Assembly: GCA_021432655.1 (NCBI GenBank)
Contig: MU271186.1
Span: 1 to 64,000 of the forward strand
DNA length: 64,000 nucleotides
Reading direction: 5' to 3'
From: Atractiella rhizophila
Lineage: Eukaryota
Shown: one piece after another, positions 10,610-23,168 of the stretch
How the letters are laid out: each line of letters starts with the position of its first letter
Position numbering within the stretch: position 1 is the first letter of the stretch
Translations under genes and position numbers: made by a program
The notes under the pieces: generated by a model
What the model was told of the DNA's origin: nothing
The model's database searches: none
What the model saw: only the letters and a program-made list of their open reading frames with translations

Positions 10610-12977
10610 TCAGAGTCTGACTGTCTTAACGCTTTTATCAACGCCTCTCGCTTCTTTCTCCTTCTGCAGCTCCTTTATAACCTTTCCCCTTTCCTTTCCA
10701 AATTGTTCCTTATTGTGCTTCTTTTCCTCCCTCCTTCCTTTCCTCTCTTCTTTAACAGCTTGCTTCCGCGCTTTCTTCTCCTCTGCCGTCTCGTCCCGTG
10801 CACGCGTGATGGTTGTGTGCGAAGGGAAAGATGAATCCTCATCATCTGAATGGGGGGACTCCGCATCTTCGACGATAGGCGGGGGGCGTGAGACGAGAGG
10901 CATACCACGCTTGTCGAGCGTGATACGGACTTCTCCATTTGCGTTGACTGCATTGCGCGCTTTCACCTGCTTCTTCAGACGGAGGATCTTGGGATGGTTT
11001 TCAAGATTCGTTTTTGTAGCTGTTATGATCTCATTAGTGGCCGGGGAACGAAGAATAGATTAAGCGCACTGAGGATACTCTCGACATCCCATTTCTCTTC
11101 CTGCGGTCCAATACCGATAATCGTCATTTCCTGCAGCTTCTCCTGCCATCCATTTCCCGCCATGATCTGTGCAGCACGCTCAAGCACGTCCTTCTTCCCA
11201 TCTTGGTCGAGTAATAATTCTCTTCGTAATGTACCGAGTTTGTCTAATCCTGTCTCTCCATCCATCATTGTCCGCACATGGGATCCCAACAGCTCGTATT
11301 GATTGAGAAACTCGTCCAACACCTCGTTACGCGGTCCTTCTGGAAAGGAATCATCCTCCTCCTCTAGTTCTGAATCTTCATCCTCGTATTGCTTTTGGAT
11401 CTACCCATGAGTTAATACAGAAGAAATGAAAGGAGAAGAGTATCCAGCGCACCTGCTCAAATCTTTCATCCAAGTCTCTCAAGCCCTCGCTTCGAAATTT
11501 GCTCGCCGCCGACATACCACTCATGGCGGATTCAGCTTTCATCCATTCTTTCTTGCTTCCTCCGTGTGCTCCATAATCAGGCAAGCTACCAAGTTCATCC
11601 ATCTCCTCATACTCCTCTATATCGTACTCACTTCCGAATTCCACCTTCTTACTTCCGGTCTTGAATGCTCCGATCTCCTTCTCCCATGCAGTCTCCTCTG
11701 GCCTCCCAAACACTTCTCTCCTCGAAGCATCTTTTTCTTCCCCTCCTTCTAGCAGTTCCCCAAAGAAATCGTCATCGTCGCCTTCATCTTCCTCTCTGAC
11801 CCCTGCCTCTTTCTTCTCCTTGGGCAGAGCAACCGTTTCCGTCTTCTCCACATACGCCTCGTCATCTAAAGCCTCTAAGACCTCTCGAAGGTCAAAATCC
11901 ATATCTGGATCAAGCCTCTTCTCCCCCTTTTCCGCTTGTTTCTCAAGCCAAGCTCGATATTCCTTCATCCCTCCCAAGTTTTGGGGAGCGATAACATCCT
12001 GGGGTAGAGAATCGATCACTTCTATATCACCCTTAGGTTTCGATGACGCAGCAGAGTCGTTCGGTGCGGCGAGAAAAACACCTCCGTTGGATTCGCCTAT
12101 CGTACGAAGGTGCTTCGTGTAGTCGTAGTAGCGATCATCGAAGTTTATGCCGTAGAGGGGTGCCTGACCTGCCTGATGTTGCGCCTTCGAAGCTGACGTC
12201 GATGCAACCTGTGAAAGTGACCGTGTTAGAGCAAGATATGAGAGATGTACATCTGTCTTCAGGAGTAAGGGAATTTCTTTTCAACGATATGTCAACATAT
12301 CCCCCTAGAAGTTCTTCTGCCTTCAAAGAGCACGCATCAAACGCTCCGGGAGTTTGGTGCGTATTTTCTCCTCCACATTTCTATTTCTACAGTTCTCGAT
12401 GAAGTATAGGCAGTTGGATGGGTTGGTCTTCAAAGCGTACACTGCCTGTCATATTCGATAATAACCTTGCAGCAAATCTAGCATGGGTTGCTGACGGCGT
12501 GCAGGTTGCAATAAAATAGCAGCTGAATCAACATGCAACGCAATGTCCATGTTGGATGCCACCTGAACGTTTGCAATAAAGCAAAACCTCGTTGATACAT
12601 TTTGGATCCGCGCCACATTAGCACACTACACCAGTGCAGAAATAGTGACAACAGTAAAATGAACCCCGCACGCTCTCGTTTAAGAATAAGCGTACCTTTT
12701 CCTCCTCCTCATCCTCAATTTCAAACTCGAAGTCATCGAGCTCTCCCTCCTCGCCTTTCTCTAGCTCCTTTCCCCTCTTTTTTCTCTCAATCTCTTCGAA
12801 AACTCTTTCCCCATAGTCTGGATCATTAAGTAATGGATCCCTCTGTGATCGATGGATGAGTTTGTAGTGCCGTGAATTGTCCTTTCGAAACGCAGATTTC
12901 GCTTTTGGTTTGGGATTGATCGTCTTTCCTACTGGCTCGATAAACTCAGTGGTGGTTGGGGCTGGATCCGTCGACAT
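10610..12977 (-). CDS. LTV1: 40S ribosome biogenesis factor Ltv1
   Basis: HYKLIHRSQRDPL, GINFDDRYYDYTKHL, DLREVLEALDDEAY, LDERFEQ, WDVESILS, ETAEEKKARKQAVKEERK. Confidence 0.93.
12209..12695 (-). other. 487-nt structured first intron of LTV1; may host an H/ACA-like RNA
   Basis: GTACGC...CTAAC...CAG with in-frame flanking exons (EEEK|VASTS); many helices; AGAAGA-hairpin-ACA arrangement near the 3' end. Confidence 0.75.
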
Positions 12978-13539
12978 TTGAACACTTCTGCGAAGTAACA
13001 CCCTCTTCAAACAGCGCTGCAAAATCGTCCAGTCTGTCAGGACGATCGAAAGAAAAGATAAAAAAACAAAGTTCGGAACGAAATAGCAAATGGATCGAAA
13101 GGAGCAAAAAGGTGACGCTTCAGTGGCTTGAACACTGGGCCTTCAGATTGCTAACTGTAACTTCAGTCTGACGCTCTCCCAACTGAGCTAAAGCGTCTGG
13201 ATATTGCATTATCCCCAAATAATATTTATATACTACCGGTACACTGCTTGCATTGAAAGGTTAAGGCTTGCGTCATGGTCATCCGTCTCACTTTCATGTC
13301 CAGAGCAGTGAGATTCTAGATCAAAAGTTTCCTGACTGCTTTGAACGCAGCACAGCAGCAAAGATATTTAACTTTCTTCTGGGTCACGGAAGAGGAAACT
13401 TGCGTGACTTGCTGTGTACACTTCCTCACTCCAAAAGAGTTGGGCATCCAAATACGACATCAAAGTATGTCCAAGTGGCAAGAAAGACATTACTTCATTC
13501 CACAGAATGTGACCAGCTAAACTCACAGATCATCGGGAA

Positions 13540-14455
13540 CTACGAATCCTCTTCCTCCTCGCTGTCCAATATCGGCTCCTCCTCCTCGATTCGTACCTTT
13601 CCACCTCCCCTCCTCGCGCTCCTATCTCCACCCATCGCCCTCCTCTCGTTCGCCAATGCCTCCTCGTCCTCCAGGTCAAGGTCCAGTGAGAACCTGTAGT
13701 CGCGCGCCGCATTCAAGTCAATAGCAGCGGGACGCTTGAAAATGGATTTGCCCGAACTGTGCAACTACCAGTCAGTAAGGGAAAGTTAGGCGGAGGGACG
13801 ACGTACCGTCGCATGACAGAAGCGAGGCGGAAGAATTGGATCCCGTTCCTTCCGATGAGGAGGAAGGTGTCGAACATTTCTTCTCCTTTGGCTGAACAGC
13901 CAGAGAAGAAGATGAACATGAGCGTGAGGATGCAGAAGAGGGTTATAAGCAGGTCGAAGATGTTGTATGGTGACTTCCAAAATTGCTGTCAACCAACAGT
14001 CCGTTTAGCGAAGCTGTTCGGAAAGAAGAGTCATGGAGAGTTTAAGGAGACACACCTTTCCGAATGCCACCCAACGAATTGCTACCTCGAGGATGAGAGA
14101 TAAGTTGACTACTGTTTCGAGCACGTAGAAAGAGGCGGTGGGACATTCGTTCATTAGGGAGAGGACAAGAGTGGTAAGGCTGAGTGCAGCCATGGTAAGG
14201 TATCTTATCCCAATGTTAAGTTGCAACCAGAGTACAAGAGGGAGAAACGCACAGGTAAATATATGCTAATGAAAAGACAAAGCGATTTGCAACTCCTTTG
14301 AAGACCTCACTTCGCGAAATGTAATACTGGCTCCTCGTGCCCCTTCAATACAACGTTTATCTGTCCATCACCCCTTTGAAATGCAGCGAGAGGAAGGCAT
14401 ACCTCACTTCCCCACTACTTCCCATCGCTGGATTAACCGTAGGCAGCCCATCCAT
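13540..14455 (-). CDS. Small four-helix membrane protein resembling an isolated ion-transport/voltage-sensor domain
   Basis: Hydrophobic segments MAALSLTTLVLSL, FYVLETVVNLSLILEVAIRW and FDTFLLIGRNGIQFFRLASVMRR, then an acidic tail. Start inferred. Confidence 0.6.
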
Positions 14456-14663
14456 CAATCTTCACTCCTTTGGAACTATGGATTCCTCCTCAAGAATGGT
14501 CGCTTCGCTTCGTTTGGTGAGGCTGTCGCAGTGGCAAGGTTGACATCAAGCATTCCTACCAAACAAATCCATCACGAAAGTCGCGTCCAAAACATCTCAG
14601 CCAGTTTCCAGACGTGTTTGGTGCAAACGGACTAGCATCTGATATCCACAGATTGCCTCACAT

Positions 14664-15971
14664 ATGGCTCCTAGAAGACGCACCAGAGCAATTGCCACCT
14701 CACCTCTGGACTCACCCGCTGGTTCAGAGGACGAAGCTCCAGCACCAGAAGCAGTGAGGAAAGGGCGCATGGTTGCAAAGAAGGAAAAGAAACCTCAAAT
14801 TTCTTCTAGAGACTTCGAGGAAGAGGAGAACAAGGCGGATATGGAGTTGGACTTTGATTTCGATACGGATGATGTATTTATTGGGAAGGACATTGGGGGG
14901 AGGAAGTTGAATAACTTAATCACAGAGTGGAACGTAAAGGAAATGGCTTTGAATGAGGGTTTGGACTTTATTAAGCAAGCGGCGATCGACGTGGAGGAGT
15001 GTAAGGTGTTTCAGGATGGTGTTGGTGTGAGTATCCAACTATGCTGTCCCTTTATTCTTTATTGGGACGGTGTGTCGAACGTATGAAACAGGATGATGTC
15101 GTCGTAATGCTCGATAAAGAATGGAGGGCGTTAAGTGACAAAATCTCTGAGCTGGAAGCTTGGAGGACCGCCTTGTCCAGCGTCCGGTCACGTTTATCAC
15201 GAGATGATGAAGTGGTTCGTTACTCCTCATACCTACATCAATATACTGAAGATTAATTCTTGGAAAAAATCAATAGACTCAACCAGCAGAGACGGTACGG
15301 GAGGCAGTAGCGGCTGCAGCGTCTGAGTTGGCAAGCAAAACAGAGGTGCAGAAATACGGAAAGAATAAGGCGTACGCTCAATTCAGACAGGAGATTCACG
15401 TTCGCCTTCTACCCTCGTTCTCTCTCCGAAATGCTTTATGTCTTATCTACGAGAGCAGGAAGTCAACAATTCCGGCACAGCGATGAAGCCAGCTAAATCC
15501 TTCCTTCCTAGTAGGTTGTTTCTCTTTACCCCTCACCTCTGACAGTGTGAACCTGTTCATCATCTGATTATTTGGGAGCAGAAGGCGACGGTGAATCCGA
15601 CTCGGATTCCGACATCGAAGTTGGGGGATCCACTCAAACTTTCAAATGTCCAATCACTATGGGTTGGCTCGAGGACGCTGTGAAGAGCACAATTTGCGGG
15701 CACCAGTACTCTCGTGAGGGTGTTTACAGTTACATTAGGGAAAATGGTGGTGCGGTTGAATGCCCTGTGACTGGCTGCGATAAAAAGTATGTCTCAATCC
15801 CTGCCTATTACAACCCTGGGGAGATCTAACATGGCATTCAGGATCACGATGAATAGCTTGAGAGATGACCCGAATCTGTCTAGGAGAGTCAAGGAACATC
15901 GGCGGAGGGATGAAGGAAGGAGACAGATGGGTGCGACACAGTTTCAGAACATTGAAGATGATAGCGATTGA
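14664..15971 (+). CDS. NSE2: SMC5/6 complex SUMO E3 ligase Nse2/Mms21
   Basis: DIEVGGSTQTFKCPIT...CGHQYS...CPVTGC SP-RING motif near the C-terminus. Confidence 0.9.
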
Positions 15972-16260
15972 TGATACCTGTGAGCATCTGCGTTAAATTC
16001 GAGTAGTAGTCTTTGTGCAATAATTACTTCGTTTTTCTGTGAGGCTAGTCTGAAGGATTTACCGTTGCTGACAGCAACATCTCATAGCTGCCATTGTCGT
16101 TTCATTCAGGAATTCTCAAGACAGCAACAACTGCCTAAATTACCGAGGGCATGATGGCTACATTGAGCAAATTTAGTATCCCATTACTAAAATCACATAC
16201 GAAATCTAAACATATAACGTCCCAGACGTGTATCTACGATCAAGAGCGAAACAACCATTG

Positions 16261-17165
16261 CTAAAGCCACAGTGCCGCATCAGGGTATCTCTGCACTGGA
16301 ACATCCCATCTCCTCCGACCATCCCACGACCAAAAATCCCTCCACCCTCTCGAAGACCATCCTCTTTCCCTCCTCTGTCTCCCCTGTCTCCTCTCATCGA
16401 GGTCCCGCTCTGACGCTTCCCACGGCTTTCTCTTTATTTGCATCCCTAACCTCGCAAGCTCTTCAACCCCCACTCGCGTGTCGAAACCGTACTCGTTCCC
16501 TGGAGGAAACTCGTGGCCGTTCAAATGTGCGAGAAGCAGGTCGTGATCTCGCAGTCGCTCCAGACGCTTTAATTGCTCGTCCATCTCTGATCCCTCCCGA
16601 CGAGGTACGGTGTTCAGGTTGTAAGGATAGACCGCGAAGTCGTATCGAGTGTAGTACGGCCCTGGATGGCCAGGTCGTCTTTCTCGTACCCTGCATCGTG
16701 TCGATTATCAGCAATTGCTTTTCGAGCTGAAGACAAGAGATGGCACACCATTTCTTCGCTCCGACAATGCGAGAGCTGCTTCCTGGTAGAGGTTGAACAA
16801 AAGGCATTATTTGGTTAGGTTGAAGATGCGATTGGAAAGAGAACGTGTTTGGATGAGCATAAGGTGAACATATTCGTGCCTTTTATGGACATATTTGCGC
16901 AGGCTGGAAACAATGAGGATCAAAGTCTTGCATGCCTTGTGTTGGCTGATTACCGCTCTCCCTTCTTCTCTCTCTTGACAATCACGAGTGACCAGGAACA
17001 ATTGATATCGAGACAAGGACCAGAGAAAATCTGGCCTTGTCTTGGTGACAAAGGAGCGACAACTGCTTCAGCAGCGTTGTCCCTTGTGCGAATGCGCCTG
17101 GTTTCTTCGTCTTTCTGTACCAACGCATGCCGTTCGAAATGTGCTGCATTCCTGTCACCGTCCAA
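16261..17165 (-). CDS. Hypothetical protein; 5' structure uncertain
   Basis: Open last exon from about 16690 to 16261 preceded by a CTGAT...CAG acceptor; upstream ORF fragments; no recognised family. Confidence 0.4.
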
Positions 17166-17579
17166 ATCTGGTTGAAGTCTGTTAATTCGTGATCATTCAC
17201 TTCGGCTCTGCCGCTCCTACTGATAAGCTGTGATAACTATTAAATACCGACGCAAAGAAGGGCGAATTGGGCAATCGGTGTTACCGCACTCCCTTGTTTC
17301 GGATCTATCTGCAAGTTGCTGATCGCCTTAAGATCGCCTCGAACACGCGAAACTAAGAAGGTTCCCACTGTCTGGGATAAATTGAAGCTCCGCTCTAGAG
17401 GGCTCCAGAAGTCTTCAAGAGCTTGTCAAAAGCGTAAAGACGACCAGGACGGCATCTCCAGGCGTCCAATATTCTCTGTTCGACTTCAATCTTTTCAGAC
17501 GCTTTCTCTTCTTCGGTCTTTTCTTTCCACCATCGAACCTCCAGTTTCGACGATTCCCAACCAAAAACGACCAGCGACG

Positions 17580-19619
17580 ATGAGGCTCGCGAAGATATCA
17601 CCCTTTGGCGTGGTGGCATTGATGGCAACAACATCTGTGATGGCACAGGATGGTGGTGTGAATACGACGCTCCCAGGATGTATGAGCTTGGCTGGCAGCG
17701 TTATGTGTCCCAGGTCGGTTTCTCCTCTTTGCTTATTTTGGGTTCGAGCGCCACATCTCGTCTCAAGATGCTCTCTCGGGCATGCTTGCTACGACGTTGG
17801 GTGTCTGCTTACGTTGATCAGGCTTTCGAGCTTGCAGCAAGGGCGCTTAAGAACATTTCTCAACCATTTGATTTCGGGGAAGGAAGATCGTGTGAGCAAG
17901 TGTTGATTAGTGCATTGCAGGTTCCAAGACCAGTTCCTCAAGCCTTCTGCATTGGCGGCTCAGTGGCCATTCTTTTCTTCCATCGATACCACCTCTGGAC
18001 TCTCCGTCGTCTCCTTCGATTCCCTCTTTCGCAACTATCTCACCTCCCAATTCGCCATCCAAAAAATCAGGGACGAGCTGGGCTGTTCTAACTTCAATTA
18101 TGGAAATCAAATCCAGTGGGGTTCGTTTTCTTTCCCATTCCTGCAGCGGATCGAAATGACATCGTTTTGGTTTGAAGCTCAAACGATGATCTGTGGCGTC
18201 TTCGTTGCTGGTTCTCAAGACTGCTTCAATGGGACGAGTGTCGATCATCGAATGACTTGTCAATCGACTTGCTACGAAATGAGCTTCTCGGAATTGGCCC
18301 TCGTCAACAATACCAATGTATGCCCACCACCTGCACTGCCAGGTTCATCTCGAGAGAAGACTTTGTGAGTTTATGTTGGTAACAAACGTGTGGAAACTGA
18401 GGCGAGTGGTCACAGAACTGCCGATTTCGTCGCTTGTACAAATTGGACGAGCCTTCAGACCAACAATACAGCTACATGTATTGAAGGTTCAACCAACGAA
18501 CCCAATTGTGGTTTTGGTTCAGCAATGAACCAGTTGTGCTCGTCAGTCCTCTCTTCGCTCAGATGAACACGTCTGACTGGGATATGGATGTGGATGGACA
18601 GATACTGCAATCCCCAAAACCACACTGTTCTCGTTTCAGAATGTTGTACGCGTTCGAACGTCGACCTTTCGCAGTGTAACTACACGATTGAACCGAGCGA
18701 CGTTCGCATCACGCCGAGTGTTGGTACGTGTTGTCCAAGTTTGCTTCGTTATGTCTCATATTGCTTCGTTTGCTTCAGGACCTACTTCTCCCCCGAGCCA
18801 ACCGTTATACACCAGCTCACCTGCCAGCACGACTGCTCTCACCTCTACCGCACTCAATGGAACTGCCCCGGGTGGTGAAAGCAGCGACTCGAGTGGAGGT
18901 CTCTCGAATGCAGAGAAAATAGGTGGGTTGTTCTTCCACGCCATTCCCACTAATGCCGACTCTCGAGAAACGTCAGGTATTGCCCTTGGAGTCACTGGGT
19001 TCACTTTCATAGTTTTGGTCGCCCTGCTTGCAGTGTTTCTCCGCCGAAATAAGAAACCATATGAGCCGGAGGAAGAGTCTGAAAAACAACAATTTGCCCA
19101 AGTTGAGCCCACTGGAACACGGAGAAGGTACGTTTCACGGTCAGTTTTGTCTAAAGTAGCTAACGGAATGCAAATAGCGATTCGACATACGCAACCCCTC
19201 GATCCAATTACAAGCCAGCTTTTGCCCCGCCGCCGTCTCAAATCCCAGCGGGGATTCTCTCCATCAAGCGTCCAACAACGGCTGCATCTGAGGATCGGAC
19301 GATCGTGAAAGCATATGCGGACAAGTACTCGCACGGGCTGATAACAAAAAATACTCTCGTCAGAGTCGTATATCCGTACGAAAAGTCACTGGACGACGAA
19401 CTCACTCTCAAAGTCGGAGACAAGATCAAGGTGAAGACGGTCTATGATGACGGATGGTGCCTGGGAATGATGTTGAAGGAGGGAACTATGGAAGTGGATG
19501 AGGAGCTGGAAGGCGCGTTCCCACTCGTTTGTGTCACGATTGGGGCAAAGGAGGAAGAGGAGGGGAGGAGTAGGCAGACGAGTTTCAACAGCGCAATCGA
19601 AGATCGTCCCACAGTATGA
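17580..19619 (+). CDS. Type I membrane protein: signal peptide, Cys-rich ectodomain, S/T stalk, one TM helix, C-terminal SH3 domain
   Basis: MRLAKISPFGVVALMATTSVMAQ; many Cys; GIALGVTGFTFIVLVALLAVFLRR; VVYPYEKSLDDELTLKVGD...DDGWC...GAFPLVCV. Confidence 0.85.
17714..17920 (+). other. 207-nt intron with extensive self-pairing
   Basis: GTCGGT...GCAG; closing helix TTGCTTAT (17729-36)/GTGAGCAA (17892-99); GAGCGCC/GGCGCTT, CTTGCT/AGCAAG and an AGGCT-TTCG-AGCTT hairpin. Confidence 0.75.
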
Positions 19620-20116
19620 AGTTTGAAGTCAGTCTACAATTGTTCTGTCCTTTTCCCTTTTCTTTTCTTTCGTTGTTGGCAGTAATGCAGTATCGAAGAG
19701 TACAAGTCATGATACTTTCGCTGTTGGTTGACATTTTTCGTTCATTCTGGATGTGTTCGATTCGAACCAGTATTAGTTTGAGTCTCATCACTTTTTCCAT
19801 TTTTCATTTGTTTCTCATGCCGATTACATCCAACTTTTCACCGAAATGTTCGCAGTTGTCGGCGTGCATCCATGTATCCCCCCAAGTAATGTATCCCAGT
19901 CCGTAATATCCTCAATGTAACTTTATAAATTACCCTTCACCTCTTTTGTCGCATGCCTGAAGGCCTTTCCAACACCGAAGCCGTACATAGTGCCGAAAGC
20001 AAGTGGGTGTGGCCCAGCTGGCAGAGCGCAGAGCGGGAAGGAAGATAAGGACGTGTTGAGAAACACAATAAAAGTTCACAATAAGGGAATATATACACAA
20101 ACAAATCCCCTGAACC

Positions 20117-21789
20117 TCAAACCCTTCCACTCCCAGCAGATCGTGGAGTAGGAGTTCCCCATCCTCGTTCCTCCACCTTCCTTCTCCCAATTTCGGCTCC
20201 CAAGCCTCTCACACTCCTTCCCAACAGCTTCTTCCCCGCAGGTGTAAGACCTTTTGCTCTCTCTCGCGGTGTTTTCCCTCCAGCCGCCGCCGGGGTACCA
20301 ATCGACCTTCTCGCGCTTTCCCCGCCCGTCGCTCTCTTCGCCGCCATCCTGTGAGCGAGGACCTCCCTTCTGGGGGTTGGAGGTATGCGAAACGGACCAT
20401 CGAATTGAGGGTCAGGGTCTGAGCTGTCGGTTACGGCTCGAGGAGTGGCAGAGATGGTTCCCCAGGTCATGAGTTCGTCGGCGGGGAGAGCGTGAGGGAC
20501 TGGAGTGGGCAGTTCGGAGACGAACCCGTAGCCGTTCACTCGTGGGGTCATGAGCGAAGGTCGCGAGGGATGGGGCGTGCCCGCGATCGCGGCGGCGATG
20601 TGACTTCGACTGGGGGAGGGAGGAATTGAGGTGGAGGTTGAGGTGTGACGGGTGTCGTTTGGTAGACGGGTGTTTTCGTACATTATCTTGGGAGGTTCTT
20701 GGGGGAGTGAGAGCTCAGTTTTGTTCTGTTCTTTCTTGAGAGTTGTTTTGAGGCCTTGTACGGGAACGTCGACGTCTGGAGGAAACATGAGCGAGTTCCG
20801 TGCCTACTCTTCCATCAGAATTGGTTCATGCACAGTGTTGTGGATGGGACGGACTTTGTAAGGCCAAGGCTCAACCAAGGTCTGTTCAGTTTCCAATACT
20901 ACCCTAGGCAGGCTCTCGTCCTCCTCCTCCTCTTGAAGATCGATCTTCTCCACCTCCTCATCTTTCCTCCCTCCCTCCTTCACCGACGCTCCTTCAATCA
21001 TCAACCTCTCCTTCCTCCCTCCATCCTCAATGGGCAACCACCTCCCACTCTCCGTCTGTCTACCCATAACAAGCTTCCTATCGCCCGGCCGTCCAGGTGC
21101 ACCTTCAATGAGACGGACCTCTCCACCATCACTTATCATCCTACTGATCTCGACCACTCGTTCCCTCTCCAACCTCTTCTCTCTCTCCCTCGCATTCGCC
21201 TCTTCCTCCGCCTCGTAAGCCCACGCGTACTTGCGCTTCCGCTCCGCATTCGAACTCTCGAGGATGTTGGAGAACGAACTGTTGTCTTCGGACGTGAAAC
21301 GGGCCTGGTAGTCGGAGAGGGAAAGCGTGGATGGGATGTGCGGGAAGATGCTGTTGAAGGAACGGAGTTGGGGGTCGGGAACGGCAGTGCGAAGAGGGGT
21401 GTCGCCGAATGCAGTGAATGGTGTCCTACCTGGTGTCACGTCTGCGATAAGAACACAATCAGCATCTTCTCCCTGCTCGTTCCAATATTGAAGTGATTTA
21501 GGATTCGCGATGCCCAACCCAATGTGAAGAGTGAAGGAGACAACTCACCTTCCCGTCTGCTCTTCTGCTTGCTCTTTTCCGTCTCAAGTTCCTTCCTAAC
21601 CCTCTCATTGAACCCAATCTCCGCCGCTCTCCTCGTCTCGATCTCGGTATCAATGTCCAAGAGCTGAGGGAAGAAGTCGCGCTTGATGATGTATGACAGC
21701 CCATCGATGTAGTCTTCCTCAGCGAGCACCTGCTGCGAGTAGATAGACCGTGCTCCTGCGTTCTTCGTAACAAGGGCGGAGGATGCCAT
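20117..21789 (-). CDS. ESS2: Splicing factor ESS2/DGCR14 (Es2) homolog
   Basis: VLAEEDYIDGLSYIIKRDFFP, LSLSDYQARFTSEDNSSF, NSLMFPPD, VNGYGFV, LMTWG, FRIPPTPRRE, LTPAGKKLL. Confidence 0.92.
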
Positions 21790-22003
21790 CTGTTGCCTAA
21801 ACCTTTCCAATCCAACAAGGCGTTCTACCTTACCTGAATATTCTTTGGACAAAGTTGGGTTTTGCCACTGAGATTAGATTTGCTGCGGTCAAACATTTTC
21901 TGTTTACCAACTTTACTGCTATTTTTTCAAAGACTGAAAGCTCATCTGAGCAACTAATCAACTGGGAACCTGAAAGCTTCGAATATTTGCCATAAATCCC
22001 AAA

Positions 22004-23060
22004 ATGCTTCGCTCCAGCCGGCAAACTGTCTTTCCTATCTCACGAACCATTTCATTTCAACCAGCTCGACCACAAACACCCTTGCTTCTCACTCTTCCTT
22101 TCCGACACTTCTCAAGCACCATCCCGCGCACGCAAGACTCAAGCTCAGCCTCAAACTCAGACGCAGACGCAAACACCGATTCAACTGAACGCCCAATCAG
22201 AAGAAAATTCGACAGGTCGCGGCTGCAGCAGCCAGACCCCTCTCGAGCCTGGCTCAAATGGGGTTTCTTCACTCACATTCCTCCTCCTCCCGAGAGCGCT
22301 TTCAGGGACGAGAAAGAGTATCTTCGATGGTTTGGGAAGGAGATTTGGGCTCCGTGGGGCGGTCACCGACCTCGCCTGGACACCATGGCACAGCGGTATT
22401 TCGTCTTGTCCGTCCTCCTTCCTAACCTCTCCTTTTTTTTCTTTCTCGTTTCATTTTTGACCGAAGGAACGCAACTGGTGTAGAAAGGGACACGAAAACT
22501 CACCTCTACCGCGTATCCTGGCCCGATTCGAAACCTTCGAAGCGATGGCAAAAGCCTGGCACGCATTCCCAGGTCAAATGGTGATCCAACCCACCCTCTT
22601 CCCCCTCGTCCATCCCTTCACGACCACTCTCCGGATCAACCACGTTCCACGAGGAATCACAAAGGACGAGATGGCCCGAAACTTTCCCTACCTCTCCTTC
22701 CCCCGCTTGCTCTACCACCGAACCCAACGGTACTCGAACGATTTGAACCAGGTGGCGGTCGTTTGGGAGTGCAAGAATAATGAGGAGGTTACTTTGGCTA
22801 TGAAACATGGAGCGGTGGGGAGTGGAAAGGGCATTTGGAGGGTGAGCTGTATGGGGACCGCTAAGCAGATTCTTCGTGGTCTCGATGAAGCTAAACCCAA
22901 AGAGGGGGAGGAGGGGGAGAGCAAGACGGACAGTTTGGAGGCTTTCGTGAAAGGAGAAGTGAAAGGAGAAGGGAAAGAGAACGACAAGGGGGAGGGCGAT
23001 TCTTCTAACCCTCTTCTAGAGTATCTGAGCGGCAGAGCGGCTAGAGATTCGAACCATTAG
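22004..23060 (+). CDS. Hypothetical protein, probably mitochondrial
   Basis: Presequence-like N-terminus (MLRSSR...FRHFSSTIPR); two ORF blocks separated by a short intron with a pyrimidine tract. Confidence 0.6.
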
Positions 23061-23168
23061 CTTGAATTAATATTTTGACCGAGTGATTCCAACACAAAAT
23101 AGTAGTAGCACCATGCACGGATATGACAGAATCAGAACAACAAAACAACAAAACATAAAAGGAGATCG

